A DNA stretch of 64,000 nucleotides from NCBI GenBank assembly GCA_964291285.2, contig OZ219786.1, forward strand, positions 1,184,001-1,248,000, in the 5' to 3' direction. The DNA comes from Alphaproteobacteria bacterium. Its GTDB lineage: Bacteria; Pseudomonadota; Alphaproteobacteria; Bin95. Both the position numbers and the translations under genes were made by a program. The notes beneath the pieces are model-generated. The model did no database searches, was not told where the DNA came from, and worked only from the letters and a program-made list of their open reading frames with translations. Position 1 is the stretch's first letter. Each line of letters starts with the position of its first letter. This document shows positions 55,925-64,000 of the stretch, piece by piece.

Positions 55925-57369
55925 GTACCGATCTCCTTTGTGACAGGATCGACTTCTCCGGTCATCCGCATTCCGGTCCACCCGCCGATGACCGCCGAGA
56001 ACAGGCCCGCCGGCCCGCCCGCGCGGGCGATCAGGAAGGTGGGCTCGCGGAACTTGTCGATGGTTTCGCTCTCCCGTCCGGGCTCCATCCCCTCGGCAAG
56101 ACCGCCGGCGCCGCGCACGACGTCGCGTCCCGGCCGTTTCAGGGCGGTCCACAGCGCCTCGTGGATTTCCGTGCGGCCCCAGCCCTCGGCCTTGTAGATG
56201 GCGTAATGCTCCGGCGAGAGCACCAGCAGAGCGCCCCCGAACTCGCAGAGCTTCGGGTGGTTCACATGCCAGAGATAGTGCGCGAGCGAGGTGGTCAGCT
56301 CCGCCGCCGTGCGGCTCTTCTGGTCCACGAACCCGCTCACCCCCTCGCCGTGGAACAGGGTGACGGCCGACGCGCCCGGCCGGATGCCGCGGGAGACCGA
56401 GAGCGGCGTCCAGTCCGGGTCGGTCTCGTCCTCGGCGAAGCAGAAGGTGTATTTGCCGGGATTGCCGAGCGCCGCGCGGTCGATCCCGCCCGGCCGGCCG
56501 CCGCCGACATTGCGGATGATGAGCTGGAAGGCCCGGCCGATGGTGGCGTTGGCGCGGTTGCCCTGGCCGAGCGCGTTCAGGCCCCAGTTCATGCCGATGC
56601 GCCGCGCAACGGGGCCGTTCACGACGATCACCGGCCCTGCGAAATGGGTCGTGCAGAGCAGGCCGTGCATGGAGAAGGCCGGTATCAGCGCGGCTTCGAC
56701 CGCCGCCAGCACGGTCGGGAAATACTCCGGCCGGCAGCCGGCCATGACGGCGTTGATGGCCGCCTTCTCCACGGTGCAGGGCGCGAGATTGGGCGGAATC
56801 TCGCCAATGATCTCGTCGGCCGCCCGCGTCGTGCCGGCCAGCATGCGGGCGACGCGCAGGTCGGTCGGCGGCACGATCGGCAGGCCGTCGGTCCAGCCCC
56901 GGTCGAACGCCGCCTCCATCGGGTCGTCATGGTCCTCCACGACGATCCGCCGCGCGGCAAGCGGGATGTCGCCGAACCGTACGGCCAGCCGTTCCGGCAT
57001 CCCGAACTCGACCGACAGCGACCCGCAACCGGGCTGGTTCTCCGGCAGGTCCCCGCCGAGAGTCCCGTTGCCGGTCAAAGCCCGCCATTCGGCCTTGTTC
57101 CAACCGATGGCGCGCGCGGCCTCCCTGCCGCCGCTGAAGCGGATCAGGGTCGGCACGGTCTCGATGTCGAGCCGGTAGGAGAGCTCCAGGTCGCCGTCAT
57201 GCCGGGGCTCCATGCCCTCGGGAAAGGCCGGGTCGTCCTGCGTGACCGCCACGGCCCCCGCGGCCGCCAGTTCCGCCAGCACCGGCGCCACCAGGACGCA
57301 GGTCGGGCAGTCCCGCTTGACCACCGCCAGCAGGCCGTCGGAAGGAAGCACATCGCGCCAGCCTGTCAC
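55921..57369 (-). CDS. Thioredoxin-like CxxC domain fused to UGSC-partner domain
   Basis: KRDCPTC, IETVPTL, PGCGS, GWTDGLPIVPPT, NAVMAGCRPEY, GNRANATIGRA. Confidence 0.82.
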   Translation of the reverse strand: MTGWRDVLPSDGLLAVVKRDCPTCVLVAPVLAELAAAGAVAVTQDDPAFPEGMEPRHDGDLELSYRLDIETVPTLIRFSGGREAARAIGWNKAEWRALTGNGTLGGDLPENQPGCGSLSVEFGMPERLAVRFGDIPLAARRIVVEDHDDPMEAAFDRGWTDGLPIVPPTDLRVARMLAGTTRAADEIIGEIPPNLAPCTVEKAAINAVMAGCRPEYFPTVLAAVEAALIPAFSMHGLLCTTHFAGPVIVVNGPVARRIGMNWGLNALGQGNRANATIGRAFQLIIRNVGGGRPGGIDRAALGNPGKYTFCFAEDETDPDWTPLSVSRGIRPGASAVTLFHGEGVSGFVDQKSRTAAELTTSLAHYLWHVNHPKLCEFGGALLVLSPEHYAIYKAEGWGRTEIHEALWTALKRPGRDVVRGAGGLAEGMEPGRESETIDKFREPTFLIARAGGPAGLFSAVIGGWTGMRMTGEVDPVTKEIGT

Positions 57370-57511
57370 TCGTCTGTCTCCATGTTCGGCGTGCGCAGTC
57401 TGCACGGAATCCGCGCCGGACTCCAATTTTCGCCGATGGCTTTGACGAAGTGCTTGCCAAGTGTATCTGTACACGGTACGCTTTGAGGCAAATTCCACAG
57501 CGTCCGGTTGC

Positions 57512-57784
57512 GTGAAGTTTCGACACAAAGGACTGCAAGCGTTTTTCGAGCGGGACGATGCTCGGCGCCTGCCCGGACCTCTCGTTTCGAGGCTTCGGCG
57601 CATCCTGTCCGATCTCGCCGACGCGCGCCAACCGGAGGATATCGACCTGCCAGGATACCGTCTCCATGCCCTGAGGGGCGACCGACGGGGCCAGTGGAGT
57701 ATCCGCGTGTCCGGTAATTGGCGCGTCACCTGCCGCTTCGTCGAAGGGGAGGCCGTCGATATCGATCTGGTCGACTACCATTAG
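57512..57784 (+). CDS. higB: HigB-type toxin (RelE/ParE family)
   Basis: FRHKGL, PGYRLHALRGD..GQWSIRVSGNWRVT, VDYH. Confidence 0.9.
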   Translation: MKFRHKGLQAFFERDDARRLPGPLVSRLRRILSDLADARQPEDIDLPGYRLHALRGDRRGQWSIRVSGNWRVTCRFVEGEAVDIDLVDYH

Positions 57785-57796
57785 GGAGAGACGCCA

Positions 57797-58069
57797 ATGA
57801 CCGACGCGATGCTGAACCCGTCCCATCCGGGAGAGACGGTCCGCGACTGCATCGAGGAAATGGGTTGGACGGTGACTTATGCCGCCGGACAGCTGGGTGT
57901 GGCGCGGCATACGCTGTCGCGCCTGCTCAACGGCCATTCGGGCATCTCGCCGTCAATGGCGATTGCCTTGGAGCGGATCGGTTGGAGCAATGCCGGTTTC
58001 TGGATGAGGCGGCAGGCCTCCTGGGACCTGGCGCAGGCAAGACTGCGCGAAAGCACAAGGGCAGCGTGA
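57797..58069 (+). CDS. higA: HigA-type antitoxin
   Basis: PSHPGE, LGVARHTLSRLLNG..GISPSMA, FWMRRQASWDL. Confidence 0.92.
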   Translation: MTDAMLNPSHPGETVRDCIEEMGWTVTYAAGQLGVARHTLSRLLNGHSGISPSMAIALERIGWSNAGFWMRRQASWDLAQARLRESTRAA

Positions 58070-58188
58070 CAAGCGGAATTTGCAGCGAGCTTCCCAATAG
58101 CGAAATTCGGTCGCCGCATCCGGGCGTGTTGAGACCGGGCCTTGCTCCGATGCTATTTTCAGCCGGTTTCTGAGCTCGACTTTGTGCA

Positions 58189-59595
58189 TTATGCTGCGAA
58201 GCAGAGGGCGTACTGCATCCGCCTTATCTTGTCGGGCGGAATTATGTTTGGTTCCCGGTGTGGCGGGGAGCGCGATAAATTGTTTCCAAGCCAGAGTTGG
58301 CATCGTATGGCCGCGATTGCATCGGAGAATGTGACGCTGGTTTTCTGGTACCAGGCGGCGGCGTAGGACAGGTGGTTTGTCGAGAGCACGTCTGTGGCCC
58401 AGAGGCAGACGAGGCTGTAGAGCCCGCAGAGGACGGGGGTGGTTCGTGCGATCGCCGCGTGTGACCACTGGCGTTGTGTTTCGAGCCCGAGATGGGCGCG
58501 CAGTTCCTGGAAGGTGACCTCGACCTGCCAGCGCCGCACGAAGGTGGCGATGATCTTGGCCGGCTCCATGTTGGTGTCGGTGCAGAAGAACGCCTGCGGG
58601 TCCCGCTCGCCTTCCGGGTCTCGCACCAGCACCCATCGGATGGCCTTGGGAGGTGTGCCGGGACGATACCAGAGCGCGGTATCGGAGATGATCTGGAGTG
58701 TCTTTTCCTTCGAACTTCCGTACCAGCGCGGAAGCGTGATGCTTGTCCAGCGGGCATCGGGGTCGTCAAGGCGGGTCTGGAGCTTGGGCAGGGGCGGCCC
58801 CTTTTGCCGGGGTCGACCGCGTTTGTTCGGGTCGCGCGGCGGCGGGGGCGCGAAGAGGTTGGCATCGAGCCTCAGCCTGCTGATGAGGGTTGCGCGCTGT
58901 CCGATGCGCCAGGCGAGTTCGTGGGTTCCGAAACTGCTGTCGGCGACGAAGACGATCGCGCGTTGCGGGACCCAGCGAAGGATTTGAAGCATGCCCTGTC
59001 GCGCCCAGTCGGTGAGTTGCTTGTGACGCCGGCCTTGCCTGGCGGCGAAGCGTTCGGACGGGGCCAGGATGGTCAGGAAGGGCAGGGCCCTGATGCCCGG
59101 CGACCAGGGCAGCGGGACAAGCAGCATGAAGCTGAGCCAGCGCAGCCCGCTGGTCTTGACGAAATGGCCATGGCTGGAACGCACCGGGTCGCGATAGATG
59201 CCGCGCGCCTTGATACGCGCGCCCCAGCGGCGCTCGATGGTGTCATCGAGCCCGATGATGATCGGTCCCTGCCCGGCAAGCCGCGCCACCAGCACGAGCA
59301 CGAGCCGGCGTGAAAGGTCACGCGGGTCCCAGCGGGCGCGATTGAGAACCTGATGGTAGGACGAGAATGTCTCGCACATCGCCCGCCCGGTCACCCGCAG
59401 GCAGGCCGACACGGTTCTCTTGCCCGGCGCCAGCAACGCTCCCATGACCAGAACCGCCACCAGCCGCCAGGTCGGGGATGAGAAGGCGCCTCGAAAGGGC
59501 TCCAGCCAGTCGATCAGGAACGGCGGAACCGGATCGCCGATGGCGCTCGAAGGGTCGTCGAAATGTGTCATGACGACCTTCGAATCCAGAAGCAT
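58189..59595 (-). CDS. IS701-family transposase
   Basis: GLDDTIERRWG, YRDPVRSS, VADSSFG, RWQVEVTFQELRAHLG. Confidence 0.9.
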   Translation of the reverse strand: MLLDSKVVMTHFDDPSSAIGDPVPPFLIDWLEPFRGAFSSPTWRLVAVLVMGALLAPGKRTVSACLRVTGRAMCETFSSYHQVLNRARWDPRDLSRRLVLVLVARLAGQGPIIIGLDDTIERRWGARIKARGIYRDPVRSSHGHFVKTSGLRWLSFMLLVPLPWSPGIRALPFLTILAPSERFAARQGRRHKQLTDWARQGMLQILRWVPQRAIVFVADSSFGTHELAWRIGQRATLISRLRLDANLFAPPPPRDPNKRGRPRQKGPPLPKLQTRLDDPDARWTSITLPRWYGSSKEKTLQIISDTALWYRPGTPPKAIRWVLVRDPEGERDPQAFFCTDTNMEPAKIIATFVRRWQVEVTFQELRAHLGLETQRQWSHAAIARTTPVLCGLYSLVCLWATDVLSTNHLSYAAAWYQKTSVTFSDAIAAIRCQLWLGNNLSRSPPHREPNIIPPDKIRRMQYALCFAA

Positions 59596-59680
59596 CCGGC
59601 ATGCAAGGGCGCCCGCATGCGACCGGGTGAATCAGCATCGCTGCAGCGACAGAAGCCATCCAATCCGATATCACTGCTTC

Positions 59681-59968
59681 ATGGCCGCATCCGACCCCTG
59701 TCTGGCGCGCATCGAAGCGTTCAACAAATCCAGGGGCGGGGGCGTGACGGTCACCAGGGTGCGCGGCGGCTACAATCTGTATCTCACGGCCACGCAGGCA
59801 CCGATCGCAAGGCTCCAGCCGAAAGGCTCAGGTGACAAGATGAGGGTGCGCTACTGGTCCTGGCGCCAGTCCTGGCAGGACGTCGGAGACATGGGGGGCA
59901 TCGTGCTCCCGCTCGAACAGGCCCTCGACGAAATCGCCAAAAACGAGATCTTCTGGACATGGACGTGA
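59681..59968 (+). CDS. Small passenger protein, DUF3024-like
   Basis: PIARLQP...RYWSWRQSW...LDEI..NEIFW; lies inside the IS701 IRs. Confidence 0.6.
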   Translation: MAASDPCLARIEAFNKSRGGGVTVTRVRGGYNLYLTATQAPIARLQPKGSGDKMRVRYWSWRQSWQDVGDMGGIVLPLEQALDEIAKNEIFWTWT

Positions 59969-59991
59969 GGTAATTTTGTACAAAGTCGAGC

Positions 59992-61233
59992 TTAGTTCCT
60001 GCGGGAAATCATCGTTTGCAGCTTCGGATGGAGCGTGCTCACCAACAGGTCGAGCCTGTCCCGCATCCACGCGACTGCATCTTCGAATTCTCCGCGCGCC
60101 GCTCCCTCTGGAGGAAACGGGAATCGCGTCGGCCGTGTAAAGCCGATTCGAGGACGCCCGCTTCGCTCCCAATGTTCCAGGTCGTCGCCGAGTTCCTCGC
60201 GAAGCTCGTCGAAGGAACGCACCACTTCCTCATAGACGCCCGCGCCAGGTTCGGTCTCCCTCCGGCGGGTCAGGTAACACCCGACAATAGAAGCGCTGCG
60301 GTCGAGAAAGCCCACGAATGACAGCCCCCAGTCGCCGAAACCCGAGCGGCGAACCTTTACATAAACTTGTGGGCCTGTCCGGCCCTCGGGAAGCTCAACA
60401 GTGACGTCGGAGAAAGCGTAGCCGTCCAGCACGGCCGTCCAGAACCGGACGTTCTCGGATACGTAGCCGTCGGGTGCATTGTCTTCACCCCCGTCTTCCG
60501 CCGCCCTTTCCTCCACGTGGCCGCCTTCGACGACGACTCGACGAACGACCTCCGTGCGTGTGAGGATGCGCGGCTGCACGATGGTGCGCCCCGCCGTGTC
60601 GCGGTAGAGCGCCGCCTCGACCAGGGCGAGGGTGAAGTGCAGGCCGCTGTGGCTCTGCACGAATTGCACGATGTTCTCGACGCCTTCGCGGATCCCGTCG
60701 CCGACGATGAGCAACAGGAACTCGCCACGCTTGAGGTGGCGGCTGACATTGTCGACGAATTCCGCTTCGTCGATGTCCGGTGCATGCTCCCGGACCAGCT
60801 CGTAGGGGACGTTGCCTGTGCGCTTCAGCGCCTTCGACACTTCGCGCTGGAGGTCCTCGTAGCTCCAGGACGCCAGTTCCTTGGCGTAGTCCAGAATCTG
60901 CCCGATCACCTCCCGGCGCGCCTGCGGATTCCGCCAGAGCTTGAATTCGGCCAAGGTCAAACGGCCGCGCTCGTTGATATAGAGAGCGTCAACGGGACCG
61001 GCCGGCGTACGCAGTTCGCGGCAAACAGGCGCCGGATCGGCGTAGGCGGCGTCGATGGCCCGGATTGGCAGCGAGCCGGGGAATCGAAACAGCAGGTCCC
61101 GGAGGGACGATTCGTCCATGCCGCCGTCGGCCTGCGCGTCTCCAAGCGGCAGGCGCTGCAGCGTCTCCTCGCCGGACGGGCTGTCCGGGTCGATCCGAAT
61201 CAAGTCGCCGTATGCCCGATTGCCGGAGTTCAC
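59992..61233 (-). CDS. PD-(D/E)XK nuclease-like protein (NucS-like N-terminus)
   Basis: ESSLRDLL, RELRTPAGPVDALY, AEFKLWRNPQARREVIGQILDY. Confidence 0.75.
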   Translation of the reverse strand: MNSGNRAYGDLIRIDPDSPSGEETLQRLPLGDAQADGGMDESSLRDLLFRFPGSLPIRAIDAAYADPAPVCRELRTPAGPVDALYINERGRLTLAEFKLWRNPQARREVIGQILDYAKELASWSYEDLQREVSKALKRTGNVPYELVREHAPDIDEAEFVDNVSRHLKRGEFLLLIVGDGIREGVENIVQFVQSHSGLHFTLALVEAALYRDTAGRTIVQPRILTRTEVVRRVVVEGGHVEERAAEDGGEDNAPDGYVSENVRFWTAVLDGYAFSDVTVELPEGRTGPQVYVKVRRSGFGDWGLSFVGFLDRSASIVGCYLTRRRETEPGAGVYEEVVRSFDELREELGDDLEHWERSGRPRIGFTRPTRFPFPPEGAARGEFEDAVAWMRDRLDLLVSTLHPKLQTMISRRN

Positions 61234-62852
61234 AGTGCCGGAGCGCCTTGCATCGAAACCGTATCCGTTTCCATGGCCTCGGCCATGCGGCGCAACTCCG
61301 CTTTCTGGATCTTGGTGCCGTTGGGGCTGTGGGTGACGGGGAAGGCGTCTATGGCGGCGGCGCGGACGGGCACCTTGTAGTTGGCCATGGTCTCGCGGCA
61401 CCAGGCGAGGAGCGCCACCTCGTCGTAGGGGCCTTCCGCCGGGCGCACGAAGGCGAAGGCGCGGGGCCCTCGCGGCGTGGCGACGCCGACGACCTGGCAG
61501 CCGGAGACCGAGGGGTGCGTCTCGATATGCGCCTCGATCTCGCTCGGAGCCGTCAGGAAGCCGGCGAGGCGGAGCGTGTCGCCCATGCGCGCCTCATAGA
61601 CGAAGCTGCCGTCGGCGCGCATCCGCCCGGCGTCGCCTGTGCGAAGGAACCCGTCTTCCGTCATGGCGGCGGCCGTTGCCTCCGGGTTGCCCTCATAGCG
61701 GAGGAACAGGCTCGGGCAGCGCATTTCGACCTCGCCCGACACGCCGGGCGGGCAGAGTTCGCCGGTCTCGACATTGCGCACCCGCACGACCGCTTCGGGC
61801 GCGACCGGATAGCCGCCGCCGGCAAGGCGGTCCTCCAGCGGCGCGTCGATCTTCTGGACGGCCATCAGCGCGCCCACCTCGCTCATGCCGTAGAGGCCGA
61901 TCAGAGGCACGCCGCGCGCGAGCGTCCGCGCCGCGAAGTCCTCCAGGGTCGGGTTGAAGAGCGCATAGCCGCAGAGGCGCAGGCTCGGGAAGGGCTCCGG
62001 CTCCTCGCGCAGGGCCAGCATCCCGGCATACATGTCGTCCGTGCCCATGAAATGGGTGACCCGGTGGCGGCGCACCGCCCCGGCGGCCTCTCCCGGCGTG
62101 AACAGCGGCGCCAGCACGTTCGGCGCGCCGGCCGCCAGCGTCGCCATCATGGTCGAGAAGCCGAACACGCCGCAGAGCGGGGTCGCCTGGTAGCTGACCG
62201 CGCCCGGCCGGTCCCAGCCGAAGGCGGACACGCAGTCGCGGGCATGGCGCGTCACCGGCTCCTGCCCGTGCAGCACGAATTTGGGCCTCGAGGTGGTGCC
62301 TGAGGTGGTGAAGATGTTGCTGGGATCCGCCGGCGCGGCCCGGTCGTCAGCCAGGGGCGGGGCCTCGAACAGCGCCGGGACCGCCGTGACCGGCTTGCCG
62401 GCCACCCGCTCCGGGGCCGGCGCCTCGCCCTCGTCATAGACCAGCACCCGCTCAAGGCCGGACAGAGCGTCCTCGCCGATCTCCGCCAGCAGGCCGGCGA
62501 AGTCGATGTCCTTGAAACCGGGCCACATGGCGAGCGCCTTCGCGCCCGAACGCGACAGGATGTCCGCGACCTCGAGCGCCCGGAAGCGGGTGTTGACCGC
62601 AACCGCCACCGCGCCGAGCCGCCCGAGCGCGAAATAGAGCGCGAGCCAGGCCGGCACGTTCGGCAGCCAGAGCGCGACCTTGTCGCCGCGGCCGACGCCG
62701 AGCGCCGCCAGTGCGGAGGCCGCCCGGCGCGAGCGGTCCAGCAGGTCGTCGTAGCTCCAGGTCCCGCCGCCATAGATGAGCGCCGGCGCATCCCCGGCTT
62801 CTTCCGTGACGCGCTCCAGCAGGGCGGACAGGGTCTCGCGCACGTCCCTCAC
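61230..62852 (-). CDS. AMP-binding acyl-CoA synthetase
   Basis: TTSGTTSRPK, YGMSE, RTGDAG, NGTKIQK. Confidence 0.93.
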   Translation of the reverse strand: MRDVRETLSALLERVTEEAGDAPALIYGGGTWSYDDLLDRSRRAASALAALGVGRGDKVALWLPNVPAWLALYFALGRLGAVAVAVNTRFRALEVADILSRSGAKALAMWPGFKDIDFAGLLAEIGEDALSGLERVLVYDEGEAPAPERVAGKPVTAVPALFEAPPLADDRAAPADPSNIFTTSGTTSRPKFVLHGQEPVTRHARDCVSAFGWDRPGAVSYQATPLCGVFGFSTMMATLAAGAPNVLAPLFTPGEAAGAVRRHRVTHFMGTDDMYAGMLALREEPEPFPSLRLCGYALFNPTLEDFAARTLARGVPLIGLYGMSEVGALMAVQKIDAPLEDRLAGGGYPVAPEAVVRVRNVETGELCPPGVSGEVEMRCPSLFLRYEGNPEATAAAMTEDGFLRTGDAGRMRADGSFVYEARMGDTLRLAGFLTAPSEIEAHIETHPSVSGCQVVGVATPRGPRAFAFVRPAEGPYDEVALLAWCRETMANYKVPVRAAAIDAFPVTHSPNGTKIQKAELRRMAEAMETDTVSMQGAPAL

Positions 62853-63877
62853 GCCTGCACGAAACGGAAAACGCCGTCGGCGCCCCGCTCGCGCTCGACG
62901 CGGCCCCCATGCCAGAGATTGTGGAGGTGCGCGATGGCCTCGCCGATGGCGAAGGATTGCTGGTGCAGGTCCAGCGGGCGGTGGAAGAAGACCGGCAGCA
63001 GGTCGATGGCGTGCCGCGGTTCGGCCAGCGCCTCGCAGCCGTCGTCGAGCCGGACCTGGTGGTGGTCGCGCAACTGCGCGAGGCGCTCATGCAGGCCGTA
63101 GAACGGCCGGTCGTGGCTGCAGAGCGTGAAGGTGTCGTCGGGCAGGTGGGCGAAGGCGCGGGTGCTGTCCAGGAAATGTTGCAGCGGGTCGCCGTCGGGT
63201 TCGACGAAATGCACGGACACGTTGGTCGTGATGCGCGGCAGCACTTGGTCGCCGGAGATCAGCAGCTTCGACTCGGGGCAGGCGAGGCAGACATGCTCCG
63301 GCGAATGGCCGGAGCCGATGATCGCCTGCCACTCGCGCCCGCCGATGCGGATGCGGTCGCCGTGCTGGATACGGCGGTAGACGATGGGCGGCCGGACCAC
63401 GTTCTGGGCGTAGAAATTGCCGCGCCCGCGCATGGCGTCCACCGTCGATGTCGCCATGCCGTTCTGCCGCCAGAAGCGCAGCATTTCCTCCATGTTGCGT
63501 TCGCGCGCGTCGAAGGCGAAATGCGACCAGAGCCACTCCGAAAGGCTCATCCAGAGTTCGGCCTCCGGGAAACGCGTCAGCAGCCATTGGGCCAAGCCCA
63601 TATGGTCGGGGTGGAAATGCGTGACGACCACCCGGCGCACCGGGCCCCCGGCAAGCAGCGTGCGGATCAGCGTCTCCCAGATGTCGCGCACGCCGTCCTT
63701 GTTCAGCCCGCAATCGACGACGGTCCAGCCGTCCCCGTCTTCCAGGAGGTAGAGATTGATGTGGTCGAGGACGAAGGGCAGCGGCATCCGCACCCACCAG
63801 ATCCCGTCGGCCACCTGCCGCGCCGCGCCCTCGGGCGGCGGCTCGTCATAGGGATATTCGACGACGATCCCGCTCAC
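62849..63877 (-). CDS. MBL-fold metallo-hydrolase
   Basis: THFHPDHMG, GHSPEH, SGDQVLPRIT. Confidence 0.93.
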   Translation of the reverse strand: MSGIVVEYPYDEPPPEGAARQVADGIWWVRMPLPFVLDHINLYLLEDGDGWTVVDCGLNKDGVRDIWETLIRTLLAGGPVRRVVVTHFHPDHMGLAQWLLTRFPEAELWMSLSEWLWSHFAFDARERNMEEMLRFWRQNGMATSTVDAMRGRGNFYAQNVVRPPIVYRRIQHGDRIRIGGREWQAIIGSGHSPEHVCLACPESKLLISGDQVLPRITTNVSVHFVEPDGDPLQHFLDSTRAFAHLPDDTFTLCSHDRPFYGLHERLAQLRDHHQVRLDDGCEALAEPRHAIDLLPVFFHRPLDLHQQSFAIGEAIAHLHNLWHGGRVERERGADGVFRFVQA

Positions 63878-64000
63878 TTGCCGGTTTCTGCCAGCCGGGC
63901 CTCCAGGGCGGCCACGCGCGCTTCGAGCCGCTCCTGCTCCATGCGCGCGTTCTGCGCCATTTCCTGCACGGCCTCGAAGTCCTCGCGCCGCACAAGGTCC
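63874..64000 (-). CDS. ubiK: UbiK/BMFP-family protein, 3' part
   Basis: Manual translation DLVRREDFEAVQEMAQNARMEQERLEARVAALEARLAETGK*. Confidence 0.8.
   Translation of the reverse strand, partial: DLVRREDFEAVQEMAQNARMEQERLEARVAALEARLAETGK

Larger units (their letters stand above)
58175..59990 (-). mobile_element. IS701-family element with passenger ORF
   Basis: IR CTCGACTTTGTGCA / TGTACAAAGTCGAG enclosing the transposase and a divergent ORF. Confidence 0.82.

Noticed and set aside
1-64000. tRNA, rRNA, cas, reverse transcriptase or phage structural genes
   Set aside because: None recognised by eye; tRNAscan-SE and Infernal were not run.

Overview
GC-rich window, probably from an alphaproteobacterium (inferred from Zur/LexA-type motifs, ubiK and yidD-type genes), in four zones. 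(1) 1-10.8 kb: partial IS1634, two tandem intact arm-type tyrosine integrases, a decayed MmeI-like type IIG restriction-modification gene and a ~2000-aa DUF4011/SF1-helicase/Vsr-like protein (Hhe-like defence). (2) 10.8-24.4 kb: nested IS graveyard (IS1595 split by a 4-kb IS21 with Toprim-like cargo, truncated IS110, ISAs1, IS1380 inside another DDE transposase, IS5, and an IS630 derivative with two left ends). (3) 24.4-34.3 kb: mobilisation-like module with a MobF relaxase-helicase carrying a threefold-repeated C-terminus, a protein made of eight tandem CxxC-x11-CxxC units, a hypothetical gene and ssb (these three genes each preceded by a related hairpin repeat), and three tandem ribbon-helix-helix paralogs. 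No coupling protein or T4SS gene is visible in the window. This is the best candidate for an undescribed system. (4) 34.8-64 kb: Zur-controlled zinc-starvation cluster (two COG0523 GTPases, hisI, cysS, sufE, IscU-like, yidD, gamma-carbonic anhydrase, possible thrS stub), redox genes, a zinc uptake operon, a UGSC selenoprotein, higBA, IS701 with cargo and housekeeping genes. All calls come from motif recognition by eye; no database searches were run.
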